Assembly: GCA_964551635.1 (NCBI GenBank)
Contig: CAZKDZ010000076.1
Location: forward strand, 7,287-71,286
DNA length: 64,000 nt
Origin: an uncultured bacterium
Lineage (GTDB): Bacteria; Latescibacterota; UBA2968; GCA-2709665
Direction of reading: 5' to 3'
The notes below the pieces were generated by a model. That model saw only the letters and a program-made list of their open reading frames with translations. It ran no database searches and was not told where the DNA came from. Positions within the stretch are counted from its first letter, which is position 1, and each line of letters opens with the position of its first letter. The position numbers and the translations under genes were made by a program. Below are positions 10,389 through 19,470 of the stretch, piece after piece.

Positions 10389-10420
10389 GAATCGGCAGTC
10401 GCTGCGAATTCTGATAGGCG

Positions 10421-10448
10421 TTGACACAGTGATGCAGAATCATATATT
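10421..10448 (+). promoter_or_regulatory. Sigma70-like promoter upstream of the Gfo/Idh/MocA + TIM-barrel pair
   Basis: TTGACA (10421-10426), 16-nt spacer, TATATT (10443-10448). Followed by hairpin GCCGTTT-CAG-AAACGGC (10452-10468) in the leader. Confidence 0.45.
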
Positions 10449-10484
10449 GGTGCCGTTTCAGAAACGGCTTCTAAGGGGGTAATC

Positions 10485-11654
10485 ATGGCCAGGCGACTGA
10501 ATATCGGCCTTCTGGGATATTCGTTCATGGGCAAGGCGCACAGCAACGCGTTCCGCAAGGTATCGATGTTCTTTCCGGACACCGGCGTCGAACCGGTCAT
10601 GAAGGTGATCTGCGGTTCGAACAGGGAAAACGCGGCGGAGGCCGCGGGGACGTTCGGTTGGGAGGAGTACGAAACCAACTGGAAAAACGTGATTGCCCGC
10701 GACGATATCGACGTCATCGACATCTGTACGCCCGGGAACCTGCATATGCCGATGGCGATCGCGGCACTCGAGGCCGGCAAGCATGTGATCTGCGAGAAGC
10801 CGCTTGCAAACAACCTGGACGAGGCCAGGGCCATGTTGGGGGCCGCGGAGGGTACCGAAGCGAAAACCATGGTCGCGTATAACTACCGGCGCGTTCCAGC
10901 GGTCGCACTGGCCAGACAGTTGATCGAAGAGGGAAGGATCGGGCAGATCTATCACTGGCGGGCGGTGTACCTTCAGGACTGGATCATCGACCCGGATTTC
11001 CCGATGGTGTGGCGTTTCGAGAAGGACAAGGCGGGCTCGGGGCCGCACGGGGATTTGAATGCGCATATTATCGACCTCGCGCTGCATCTCGTGGGAGACA
11101 TTCATTCGGTTGTTGCCGCCGATACGACGTTTATCAAGGAACGACCTCTTGCGGAATCGATCGACGCGTCCCTCGGCGCCACCGGCGGTAAACAGGATCG
11201 GATGGGTACGGTCACGGTGGACGACGCAACGCTGTTCCTGGCGCGATTCGCAAACGGCGCGCTGGGTTCGTTCGAAGCCACCCGGTTTGCGGCGGGAAGG
11301 CGCAACCACAACCGGTTCGAAATCAACGGAAGCAAGGGCAGTATTGCATTCAATCTGGAAAAGATGAACGAACTGCAGTTTTATTCCCGCGAGGACGAAG
11401 GGCACATACAGGGATTCCGCGAGATCATTGTGAACGAAGGGGTGCATCCCTACGTATCGGCGTGGTGGCCGCCCGGTCATATCATCGGGTGGGAGCATAC
11501 GTTCGTGCACGAGGTCAAGGACTTTTTCGAAGCGATCGAAAACGACCGGGAAGCTTCACCGAATTTCAGGGAAGGGGCGCGGGTCCAGGCTGTGCTCGAA
11601 GCCGCCAGCGATTCGGCGAAATCGGACCGCTGGCAGGAAGTCCCGGACGTTTAG
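10485..11654 (+). CDS. Gfo/Idh/MocA family oxidoreductase
   Basis: MARRLNIGLLGYSFMGKAHSNAF N-terminus and EKPLA motif; 389 aa. Confidence 0.9.
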   Translation: MARRLNIGLLGYSFMGKAHSNAFRKVSMFFPDTGVEPVMKVICGSNRENAAEAAGTFGWEEYETNWKNVIARDDIDVIDICTPGNLHMPMAIAALEAGKHVICEKPLANNLDEARAMLGAAEGTEAKTMVAYNYRRVPAVALARQLIEEGRIGQIYHWRAVYLQDWIIDPDFPMVWRFEKDKAGSGPHGDLNAHIIDLALHLVGDIHSVVAADTTFIKERPLAESIDASLGATGGKQDRMGTVTVDDATLFLARFANGALGSFEATRFAAGRRNHNRFEINGSKGSIAFNLEKMNELQFYSREDEGHIQGFREIIVNEGVHPYVSAWWPPGHIIGWEHTFVHEVKDFFEAIENDREASPNFREGARVQAVLEAASDSAKSDRWQEVPDV

Positions 11655-11722
11655 TCCCCTGCATCCGCTGCGTGCTTTGAAGTACCGGCCGGGGCGGGAA
11701 GCCCATGGAAGGAGCGATGGTT

Positions 11723-12721
11723 ATGGCGAGAGCATGTACTTTGTTTACGGGTCAGTGGGCCGACCTCTCCCTCGACATGATGGCGGAGAAGGCGGCCGGG
11801 TTCGGATACGACGGCCTGGAGCTGGCCTGCTGGGGAGACCATCTGGATGTCCGGGAAGCGGCCTCCAGCGACGGCTATTGCCGGAGTCGGCACGAGATTC
11901 TGGAAAAACACGGGCTGAAGTTCTGGGCGATCAGCAATCATCTCTCGGGACAGGCGGTTTGCGACAATATTGACGAGCGCCATCAGTCGATACTGCCCCC
12001 GCACGTGTGGGGCGATGGCGATCCGGAAGGTGTGAAACGCCGGGCAGCCGAGGACATGTTGACGTCGGCGGAAGCGGCAAAGGCGCTGGGCGTCAGCGTG
12101 GTGAACGGCTTTACGGGTTCGTCCATCTGGCATCTGCTGTATTCGTTTCCGCCGGTGTCCCCGGATGCGATCGACGCGGGCTTCAGGGATTTCGCGGATC
12201 GATGGAATCCCATTCTCGATGCGTTTGCAAAGCACGACGTGCGGTTTGCCCTCGAGGTGCATCCAACGGAAATCGCGTTCGATATCGCCTCAGCCGCACG
12301 GGCGGTAGCCGCGCTTGACGGAAGGAGCGAGTTCGGATTCAATTACGATCCGAGCCACCTCGTTTATCAGAATGTGGACTACGTGGCGTTCATCCGAGAG
12401 TTCAGGGACCGCATCTATCACGTGCACATGAAAGACGCGTTCCTGTCGCCGCTGCCCACCCGGGCGGGGATTTTCGGAGGCCACACCGAGTTTGGCGACC
12501 CCGACCGCTCCTGGGATTTCCGTTCCCTGGGCCGCGGAAGCGTGGACTTTGAAGAAATCATCCGCGCCCTGAACGACATTGGCTATGGCGGTCCCCTGTC
12601 CGTGGAGTGGGAAGATTCGGGAATGGACAGGGAACACGGGGCGGAGGAAGCATGCGCCTTTGTGAACAGTGTGGATTTCGAACCGTCGGCCGTGGCGTTC
12701 GATGCGGCGTTCGCGGAATAG
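11723..12721 (+). CDS. Sugar phosphate isomerase/epimerase (xylose-isomerase-like TIM barrel)
   Basis: ATG 11723 sits 8 nt after AAGGAG and gives [15 protein letters not shown]...[13 protein letters not shown], a family-typical N-terminus. The track ORF starts at 11705. Confidence 0.85.
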   Translation: MARACTLFTGQWADLSLDMMAEKAAGFGYDGLELACWGDHLDVREAASSDGYCRSRHEILEKHGLKFWAISNHLSGQAVCDNIDERHQSILPPHVWGDGDPEGVKRRAAEDMLTSAEAAKALGVSVVNGFTGSSIWHLLYSFPPVSPDAIDAGFRDFADRWNPILDAFAKHDVRFALEVHPTEIAFDIASAARAVAALDGRSEFGFNYDPSHLVYQNVDYVAFIREFRDRIYHVHMKDAFLSPLPTRAGIFGGHTEFGDPDRSWDFRSLGRGSVDFEEIIRALNDIGYGGPLSVEWEDSGMDREHGAEEACAFVNSVDFEPSAVAFDAAFAE

Positions 12722-12845
12722 TTGTCGGATGCAGGCTTCACGTGTTCCGTCCCGGTAGCCGATTGCAGATTTACGGTTTGCTTTCGGGACGAGGAACCCG
12801 CGGTCAGCAGGGCGTGTCATCAGGCCTGCCGGCCGCGTTTTATTA

Positions 12846-13007
12846 GAAGCTGTGTTGGAATTCACGGTGCGTTCCCGAGCGCGAGCGAAAGCGTGTCGGT
12901 CCAGGAGGGCGAATTCGCCCCTATCTTTCGATAGTGGTGGATTTGACCAACGCAGACCGGCGCGTTTGCAGCCGCGCGAAGACCGCTGGGAATTTTAATA
13001 CAGCTTC
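12846..13007 (-). mobile_element. MITE-like 162-bp element, copy 1 (inverted relative to copy 2)
   Basis: Ends are GAAGCTGTGTTGGAATTC... and ...GAATTTTAATACAGCTTC (terminal inverted repeats). Its reverse complement aligns end to end with 38844-39005. Confidence 0.6.
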
Positions 13008-13022
13008 GGAGGGAGATCGTCA

Positions 13023-14585
13023 ATGCGGATGCGTATTTTTCTTCTCTTCCTGCTGTCTGCCGTCTTCGCCTGCGAGGCGGAGCGCACCCGGACTCTGGTG
13101 TTCGGCAGGGGCGGCGATACCGTGGGGCTGGATCCCGCACTGGAGACCGATGGCGAGTCATTCAAGGTCTGCGACAATATTTACGACAACCTTGTCACCT
13201 TCAGGCCGGAAAACACCGAATTGGCGCCCGGTCTGGCGGAGTCCTGGTCGGCATCGGACGACCTGAAAACGTGGACCTTCAAGCTCAGGCGGAACGTCTT
13301 GTTCCATGACGGCACTCCGTTCGATGCGGACGCGGTGGTGTTCTCGCTCGCACGCCAGTTCAAACCCGACCATCCCTTTCACCGCGTGGAAGGCGCGTTT
13401 CAGTATTGGAACAGCATGTCGATGAGCGATATTGTCAGCGACGTGAAGAAGGTGGACGATCATACGGTTTCCATAGAGCTTACGCGTCCCAACGCGCCGT
13501 TTCTGTCGAATCTCGCGATGAATTTCTGCGGAATCGTAAGCCCCTCCGCCGTACGGAAGCACGGTGCGGACTTTCCCAGGCACCCGGTGGGAACAGGGCC
13601 GTTTCGATTTGTACAATGGATCCGGGATGACCGCGTGGTGCTGGAACGAAATCCCGGCTATTGGGGCGATGCGCCTCAGATCGACAGGCTGATATTCAGA
13701 AGCATTCCGGAGAACTCCGTGCGCCTGATCGCGCTCATCCAGGGTTCGATTGACGGAATGGACCATCTGGTGCCGGATTTCATTCCAAACATCGAAAAAC
13801 ATCCGAACCTTCAGCTCCTGACCCAGCCGGGTATGAACGTCGGGTACCTGGCCATGAATATGGATCGGGCGCCGTTCCACCTTCTGAAGGTGCGAAGGGC
13901 GGTCAACCATGCCATCAACAAACAGGCGCTGGTGGACAATCTGTATCAGGGTCTTGCGTTGCCGGCGGTCAACCCGATTCCACCTTCGATGTGGAGCTAT
14001 CATGAGGGGATCGAAGGATACGGCTACGATCCGGAACGGGCCCGGGAGCTGTTGGTCGAGGCCGGCTATGCGGACGGATTCGAGACCACGCTCTGGGCGA
14101 TGCCGGTGCCGCGTCCGTATATGCCGCAGCCCAGGAAGATCGCCCAGGCCATCCAGGCCGACCTGCAGGCCGTCGGAATCCGGGCCGAGATCGTGAGCTA
14201 TGAATGGGGAACATATCTGGACAAGGTTTCCAGGGGGCAGCACGATATGGCGCTCCTGGGCTGGACGGGCGACAACGGCGACCCCGACAATTTCCTGTAC
14301 GTCCTGCTCGACAAGAGCGCGACACAAATTCCCGCCAATAACATTGCGTTCTACCGCAGCGACGAACTGCACGAGGTGCTGGTGCAGGCGCAGCGGGAAG
14401 TGGACATTGCCGTCCGGACGGGGCTTTACCGGAAGGCGCAGGAAATCGTGTTCCATGATGCGCCATGGGCGCCCCTCGTACACGCGGCGCAGACCGCCGC
14501 ATTCAAGAAGTCGGTAACCGGCTTCACGCTTCATCCCACCGGCAGCAAGTGGTTCCAGAACGTGGGGATCGGGGAAACGGATTGA
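13023..14585 (+). CDS. ABC transporter substrate-binding protein, family 5 (peptide/nickel/opine type), lipoprotein-like
   Basis: 520 aa with an LSAVFAC lipobox-like signal. Family-5 patterns LV.F....E..P.LAESW and FH.G.PF.A.DV are present. Confidence 0.9.
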   Translation: MRMRIFLLFLLSAVFACEAERTRTLVFGRGGDTVGLDPALETDGESFKVCDNIYDNLVTFRPENTELAPGLAESWSASDDLKTWTFKLRRNVLFHDGTPFDADAVVFSLARQFKPDHPFHRVEGAFQYWNSMSMSDIVSDVKKVDDHTVSIELTRPNAPFLSNLAMNFCGIVSPSAVRKHGADFPRHPVGTGPFRFVQWIRDDRVVLERNPGYWGDAPQIDRLIFRSIPENSVRLIALIQGSIDGMDHLVPDFIPNIEKHPNLQLLTQPGMNVGYLAMNMDRAPFHLLKVRRAVNHAINKQALVDNLYQGLALPAVNPIPPSMWSYHEGIEGYGYDPERARELLVEAGYADGFETTLWAMPVPRPYMPQPRKIAQAIQADLQAVGIRAEIVSYEWGTYLDKVSRGQHDMALLGWTGDNGDPDNFLYVLLDKSATQIPANNIAFYRSDELHEVLVQAQREVDIAVRTGLYRKAQEIVFHDAPWAPLVHAAQTAAFKKSVTGFTLHPTGSKWFQNVGIGETD

Positions 14586-14643
14586 ACGCGCCGAAACGTC
14601 CGTATAGCCACCCGTTTCCGGCACCTGCGAGGCAAACCGCGTA

Positions 14644-15657
14644 ATGGGCGTCTACATCCTGAAACGCGTGGTTCTCCTTTTCCCCATGCTGCTGGGAATC
14701 GTCGTCCTGGTTTTCCTGATGGTACACTTCGTTCCGGGCGATCCGGCACAGGTGATGCTGGGTGAACGGGCCAGCGCGGAACAGGTGGCGGAGCTGCGCA
14801 GGCAACTCGGACTGGATCAGGAGTTGCACGTACAGCTCGGCCTGTACCTGTGGGGGCTGGTACAGGGAGACCTGGGACGTTCCTTCAAGTCCCACGCGAA
14901 GGTGTCCTCCGAACTGGCGGCCAGATTTCCCGCGACGCTCGAACTCACGTTGATCAGTATGTTGCTGGCCTGCGGGGTCGGGATTGTCGCCGGTGTGGTT
15001 TCGGCATCGCGCAAGGGTTCCGTCGTGGATTACGTCGGCATGACGGTTTCCCTCGCGGGGCTGTCGATGCCGATTTTCTGGCTGGGCCTGATGGTTATTC
15101 TGGTGATGTCGGTTTTTCTCGGGTTGTTTCCCGTGTCAGGGCGGCTCAGCACCCATCTTTTCATTCCCGAGGTCACCGGACTCTATCTGATCGACAGCCT
15201 GCTGGCGCGGGACTGGAGGGCTTTTGCCGACGCCGCCTGGCATCTCGTGCTGCCCGGCCTTACGCTGGGTACGGTGCCGATGGCCGTAATCGCGCGGATG
15301 ACGCGATCCAGCCTCCTGGATGTACTCAAGGAAGATTACGTGCGTACTGCGTGGGCGAAAGGGCTGTCGGAACGGATCGTCATCTTCCGGCACGCCCTCA
15401 AGAATGCGTTTATTCCCGTGTTGACCGTAATCAGCCTGCAGTTTGGCTTCCTGTTGGGAGGCGCGGTCATTACGGAGACGATTTTCGCGTGGCCGGGGGT
15501 GGGACGGTGGCTCCTGCTGGCGGTATATTCGAGGGACTTCAGGGCCGTTCAGGGAGGCGTGCTGCTGGTTGCGCTGATGTTTGCGCTGATCAATCTCATT
15601 GCCGACGTGATGTACGCGTGGCTGGACCCGCGCATCAGACACCGGAATCATGCATGA
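14644..15657 (+). CDS. ABC transporter permease (DppB/OppB-like)
   Basis: MGVYILKRVVLLFPMLLGIVVLVFLMVHFVPGDP N-terminus is typical; 337 aa with multiple TM segments. Confidence 0.9.
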   Translation: MGVYILKRVVLLFPMLLGIVVLVFLMVHFVPGDPAQVMLGERASAEQVAELRRQLGLDQELHVQLGLYLWGLVQGDLGRSFKSHAKVSSELAARFPATLELTLISMLLACGVGIVAGVVSASRKGSVVDYVGMTVSLAGLSMPIFWLGLMVILVMSVFLGLFPVSGRLSTHLFIPEVTGLYLIDSLLARDWRAFADAAWHLVLPGLTLGTVPMAVIARMTRSSLLDVLKEDYVRTAWAKGLSERIVIFRHALKNAFIPVLTVISLQFGFLLGGAVITETIFAWPGVGRWLLLAVYSRDFRAVQGGVLLVALMFALINLIADVMYAWLDPRIRHRNHA

Positions 15658-16556
15658 ACCGTTCATTCCATCCGGAGGTGGGAACAGGAGTTGAAGTCGA
15701 CGGATCGCAGATCCTGCCGGGCGCCGGCTGGGGCGGGTTATTCCGCAAGCGGCTCCTGAAGAACCGGCTGGCGGCCGTGGGTGGCGTCCTGCTGCTGGGA
15801 TTCCTGTTGGTGGCGATCGCCGCACCCCTGGCCGCGCCGCGGGATCCCTTTGACCAGAATCTCTATGAACGCCTCCAGCCACCGTCGCTGGCGCATCCGT
15901 TCGGCACGGACGACTTTGGGCGGGATGTTCTGAGCCGCGTGATTTACGGAGCGCGAATTTCTCTGCGTATCGGGGTTGCCGCCGTGCTGATCGCACTGGT
16001 CCTGGGCGTTCCGATCGGGCTTGTTTCGGGATACCGGGGCGGAGCGCTGGACCAGGTATTGATGCGGACTATGGATCTGATGCTCGCATTTCCCAGCATC
16101 CTTCTGGCCATCGCCATCGTGGCGATCCTTGGCCCCGGGTTGGAGAATGCGATGCTGGCGGTCGGGATCGTCGCCGTGCCGCAGTACGCCCGGCTGGTGC
16201 GGGCATCCACGCTGTCCGTGCGCGGACAGGACTACGTTCAGGCTGTCCGGGCCCTTGGTGCGGGGGAGTTCCGTATCCTGTTCTTTTCGGTTCTTCCGAA
16301 CTGTCTGACGCCGCTGATCGTGCAGTCCACGCTGGGTCTGGCTACCGCCATTCTCGATGCCGCGGGCCTGAGCTTTCTGGGATTGGGCGCGCAGCCGCCC
16401 ACGCCGGAGTGGGGCGCCATGTTGACCGGTGGAAGGGAACTTGTGCTGCGGGCGCCGTGGGTATTGACGTTTCCGGGCGTGGCGATTTTCCTGACCGTAT
16501 TGGCATTCAACCTGGTTGGAGACGGATTGCGCGACGCCCTGGATCCAAGGACCTGA
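15654..16556 (+). CDS. ABC transporter permease (DppC/OppC-like)
   Basis: ATG 15654 overlaps the previous stop (ATGA). Contains PFGTDDFGRDVLSRVIYGARISL and the DLMLAFPSILLAIAIV motif. The long track ORF from 14850 is an out-of-frame overlap artefact. Confidence 0.9.
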   Translation: MNRSFHPEVGTGVEVDGSQILPGAGWGGLFRKRLLKNRLAAVGGVLLLGFLLVAIAAPLAAPRDPFDQNLYERLQPPSLAHPFGTDDFGRDVLSRVIYGARISLRIGVAAVLIALVLGVPIGLVSGYRGGALDQVLMRTMDLMLAFPSILLAIAIVAILGPGLENAMLAVGIVAVPQYARLVRASTLSVRGQDYVQAVRALGAGEFRILFFSVLPNCLTPLIVQSTLGLATAILDAAGLSFLGLGAQPPTPEWGAMLTGGRELVLRAPWVLTFPGVAIFLTVLAFNLVGDGLRDALDPRT

Positions 16557-16574
16557 CCTGACTGGAGAAAGCCT

Positions 16575-16603
16575 TTGACTTCCGCATTCCCGTGGCGTAT
16601 ATT
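16575..16603 (+). promoter_or_regulatory. Near-consensus sigma70 promoter driving a non-coding, structured transcript
   Basis: TTGACT (16575-16580), 17-nt spacer, TATATT (16598-16603). Confidence 0.5.
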
Positions 16604-16609
16604 CCGCTT

Positions 16610-16866
16610 ACACGGAAAGGAGGTGGTCAAATGAGCGAATCGACCAGTGGAGGTGGCTGTAGTTAGGTGCGCTGCCGGGTGCGGGAGAACATCTCGTCTG
16701 GTAACGCGCCTGGCGAATCTAAACAGCCATCGAAAGACAGGCGATCCGTCGAATTGACGGGCCCCGGCCACTCGCACGGGGCACCGTGAGATGGAAGCCG
16801 TCTCAAGAGTTGCGCCGTGAGGAGATGTGGCCGGAGGACCGGCTCCCGAATCGCGGCGCATTTTTC
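16610..16866 (+). ncRNA. Candidate structured RNA of unknown family (or leader with an 11-codon mini-ORF)
   Basis: About 255 nt between the promoter and a terminator-like stem GCGCCGTG (16812-16819) / CGCGGCGC (16852-16859) plus ATTTTT. It contains at least 6 further local or long-range helices and 4 copies of CGAAT(C/T). The only ORF is an 11-codon one (ATG 16631). Confidence 0.35.
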
Positions 16867-16886
16867 TGTCATATAAGGGTTTGTGC

Positions 16887-16915
16887 TTGACAAAATCACG
16901 CATGCTCTATATCTT
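16887..16915 (+). promoter_or_regulatory. Sigma70-like promoter for rplM-rpsI
   Basis: TTGACA (16887-16892), 17-nt spacer, TATCTT (16910-16915). Alternatively TATATC with a 15-nt spacer. Confidence 0.45.
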
Positions 16916-16996
16916 CTGAGGCTTGACAATGTGTGGAATTGTCACCGAGAGGGGGTGAGTTCGAATTCGGCGTCGATGCGGACGCCGTTCGGATTT

Positions 16997-17431
16997 ATGA
17001 ATACGCCAAGTGCTAAAAAGTCTGACATCGAACGCAAATGGTTTCTGGCTGATGCCGACGGTAAGGTGCTGGGTCGTTTTGCGAGCGAGGTTGCACGGAT
17101 CCTGATGGGCAAACACAAGCCGTTTTATACGTCCCACGTGGATACCGGCGATCATGTCATCGTGGTCAACTCCGACAAACTCATGGTCAAAGGCGCAAAT
17201 AAGCCCGACCAGAAGCTCTATACACGATTCAGCGGATATCCGGGTGGTCTGAAAACCAAAACCCTGAAGCGCGCGCTCGAAACGCAGCCGCAGTTCGTAC
17301 TGGAGCATGCGATACGGGGAATGTTGCCGCGCACGAAACTGGGGCGCAGGATGATGAAGAAGGTCCGGATTTACGCGGGTCCCGATCATCCGCACGACAG
17401 TCAGGCGCCCGAATCGATCGACCTTGCTTGA
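16997..17431 (+). CDS. rplM: 50S ribosomal protein L13
   Basis: ATG 16997 gives MNTPSAKKSDIERKWFLADADGKVLGRFASEVARILMGKHKP, the canonical L13 N-terminus. Confidence 0.95.
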   Translation: MNTPSAKKSDIERKWFLADADGKVLGRFASEVARILMGKHKPFYTSHVDTGDHVIVVNSDKLMVKGANKPDQKLYTRFSGYPGGLKTKTLKRALETQPQFVLEHAIRGMLPRTKLGRRMMKKVRIYAGPDHPHDSQAPESIDLA

Positions 17432-17475
17432 ATCCCGACGTATCAAGAATTCGTTGAACGAGAGGAGGTAGGGTC

Positions 17476-17868
17476 TTGGCAGAGATCCTTGCTTCTGCCA
17501 GAGGCCGGCGCAAGTCGGCCACGGCAAACGTGAAGCTGTTTCCCGGATCCGGGGAAATCGTCATCAACGGCAGGCCCATACTGGATTATCTGAAGCGCGA
17601 GACGCTTGTGATGATCGTGGAACAGCCGCTGACGGTTACGGAAACGACCGGGCAATACAACATCGTCGCCAGCACCAAGGGTGGTGGTCTCAGCGGACAG
17701 GCCGGGGCCGTTCGGCTGGGTATCGCCCGGGGCCTGCTTGCCCTGAACGATGATCTCAAGACACCGCTGCGCGAGGCCGGGCTGTTAACCCGCGACGCGC
17801 GAGAGGTGGAGCGAAAGAAGCCCGGCCGACCGGGCGCACGAAAACGGTTCCAGTTTTCCAAACGCTAG
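17476..17868 (+). CDS. rpsI: 30S ribosomal protein S9
   Basis: TTG start 8 nt after GAGGAGG; C-terminus is ...RKRFQFSKR; 130 aa. Confidence 0.95.
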   Translation: MAEILASARGRRKSATANVKLFPGSGEIVINGRPILDYLKRETLVMIVEQPLTVTETTGQYNIVASTKGGGLSGQAGAVRLGIARGLLALNDDLKTPLREAGLLTRDAREVERKKPGRPGARKRFQFSKR

Positions 17869-17888
17869 TCGACTGTTGTTTTGCTATT

Positions 17889-17925
17889 GGCGTGTTGAGT
17901 ACGTGTCGACACGCCCATTTCACAT
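17889..17925 (+). terminator. Possible weak terminator after rpsI
   Basis: GGCGTGT (17889-17895) pairs with ACACGCC (17909-17915), followed by CATTTCACATG. The T-tract is poor. Confidence 0.3.
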
Positions 17926-18014
17926 GTGTCCCGACTTCAGGCCCGGTGCCGGTTTCCGGCTGGTCTGCGGAATGACGGTCACAGAGGATGAACCGATAGT
18001 ATCAGGAGGATCGT

Positions 18015-18779
18015 ATGGCTGTGGTTGAAATGAAAGCCCTGCTGGAGGCGGGCGTCCACTTCGGGCACCAGACCCGCCGTTGGAACCCGAAGATGAGAAA
18101 GTTCATCTTCATCGAACGCAACGGCATCTACATCATCGATCTTCAGAAGACGCTGAGGCAGATCGAGGAAGCCTACCGTGTTATCAGCGAAGCCGTGGAA
18201 CAGGGCGAATCGATACTTTTCGTGGGGACCAAGAAGCAGGCGAAAGACGTCATTCTGCGTGAAGCGAAGCGCTGCGAGATGTTCCACGTAACCGAACGTT
18301 GGCTTGGGGGCATGCTGACGAATTACCAGACCATTCGTCAGAGCATCCGGCGCCTCGAATCACTCGATAAGATGGGCGCGGACGGAACCTACGAAAAGTT
18401 GACGAAGAAAGAGGTATTGCGGCTGGAGCGCGAGCGTGAGAAGCTGGAGCGGTCCCTGAGCGGTATCCGGGATATGGGCCGCCTTCCCGGACTGGTATTC
18501 GTGGTGGACATAAAGAAGGAAAAGATCGCCGTCCACGAAGCCAGACGACTCAATATACCGGTCGTGGCCATCGTCGACACCAACTGCAATCCGGACGACG
18601 TCGACTATCCCATTCCTGGTAACGACGACGCCATCCGGTCCATCGGGCTCATCACACGCCTGGTCGCCGACGCGGTACTGGAGGGGCAGAGGATCCAGAG
18701 AGAAGGTCCCGATCGTTCAGACGACGAACCCCAGATGCTTGGACCCGAGATTACCGAAATCACCGAAGTCAACGAATAA
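18015..18779 (+). CDS. rpsB: 30S ribosomal protein S2
   Basis: [19 protein letters not shown] motif; 254 aa. Confidence 0.95.
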   Translation: MAVVEMKALLEAGVHFGHQTRRWNPKMRKFIFIERNGIYIIDLQKTLRQIEEAYRVISEAVEQGESILFVGTKKQAKDVILREAKRCEMFHVTERWLGGMLTNYQTIRQSIRRLESLDKMGADGTYEKLTKKEVLRLEREREKLERSLSGIRDMGRLPGLVFVVDIKKEKIAVHEARRLNIPVVAIVDTNCNPDDVDYPIPGNDDAIRSIGLITRLVADAVLEGQRIQREGPDRSDDEPQMLGPEITEITEVNE

Positions 18780-18813
18780 CGTCCGGAAGGCGCTACGCCA
18801 GCTTGGAGAACAA

Positions 18814-19413
18814 ATGGCTATTTCTGCGAAGATGGTTCAGGAACTGCGGGCCAAGACCAACGTGGGGATGATGGATTGCAAGAAGGCCCTCGTCGAGAGC
18901 GACGGGGATATGGAAAAAGCCGTTGAACTGCTGCGGACGCGTGGCGTTGCCAAGGCGGAAGATCGTGCAAACAGGACGGCGAAGGAAGGTTTGATTACGT
19001 CTTACATTCACACCGGCAGCAAGCTCGGCGTAATGCTGGAAGTCAACAGCGAGACCGATTTCGTCGCCAGGACGGAGCAGTTCCAGACGTTCGCCCGGGA
19101 CCTTGCGATGCACATCGCCGCCAGCGCGCCGGTCGCGGTTAGCCGGGATCAGCTGGATGAAGCGAACATCGAGCGGGAACGAAGGATCTTCAGGCAACAG
19201 GCGCTGGATGAGGGCAAGCCCGAGCGGGTTCTCGACCGGATCGTGGAAGGGCGTCTGGAGAAGTATTATCAGGATGTGTGCCTGATGGAACAGCCCTTCG
19301 TGAAGGATCCGGACAAGACAGTTAAAGACCTGTTGATGGATCTGATCGCGCAGTGCGGTGAAAACGTGACCGTCAGACGATTCGAGCGGTTCGTGCTGGG
19401 AGAGGAGAGCTGA
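18814..19413 (+). CDS. tsf: Elongation factor Ts (short form, about 199 aa)
   Basis: ATG 18814 gives MAISAKMVQELRAKTNVGMMDCKKALVESDGDMEKAVELLR. Confidence 0.93.
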   Translation: MAISAKMVQELRAKTNVGMMDCKKALVESDGDMEKAVELLRTRGVAKAEDRANRTAKEGLITSYIHTGSKLGVMLEVNSETDFVARTEQFQTFARDLAMHIAASAPVAVSRDQLDEANIERERRIFRQQALDEGKPERVLDRIVEGRLEKYYQDVCLMEQPFVKDPDKTVKDLLMDLIAQCGENVTVRRFERFVLGEES

Positions 19414-19470
19414 CGTGCCGTCGCGGTGAACCGGACCTGGAGCCCGCCTTTTCACGAAGGGACGAATCAA

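Noticed and set aside
12934-13266. ORFs 12934..13266 and 38687..38926, which share the peptide DLTNADR.CSRAKTAGNF and might suggest a duplicated small gene.
   Set aside because: The shared peptide comes from the two copies of the 162-bp MITE-like element. The ORFs run into unrelated flanking sequence, and one overlaps a real gene.
14850-15653. N-terminal 268 codons of ORF 14850..16556.
   Set aside because: This stretch is out of frame over the DppB-like permease and Arg/Gly-rich. The DppC-like protein starts at ATG 15654, coupled to the upstream stop.
16557-16872. RNase P RNA (rnpB) hypothesis for the dppC-rplM spacer. This was prompted by GGAAAGG, a possible P4-like long-range pairing (GGAGGTGGTC with GACCGGCTCC) and a possible P1 (TGACTGGAGAAA with TTTTTCTGTCA).
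   Set aside because: The near-invariant CR-I (GGAAAGUCC) and CR-V (ACAGAA.CCGGCUUA) nucleotides are not present. The candidate P4 3-prime strand competes with a better local hairpin. The consensus promoter would start transcription after the supposed P1-P2. tmRNA, SRP, 6S, T-box, cobalamin, glycine and ydaO consensus motifs also did not fit by eye.
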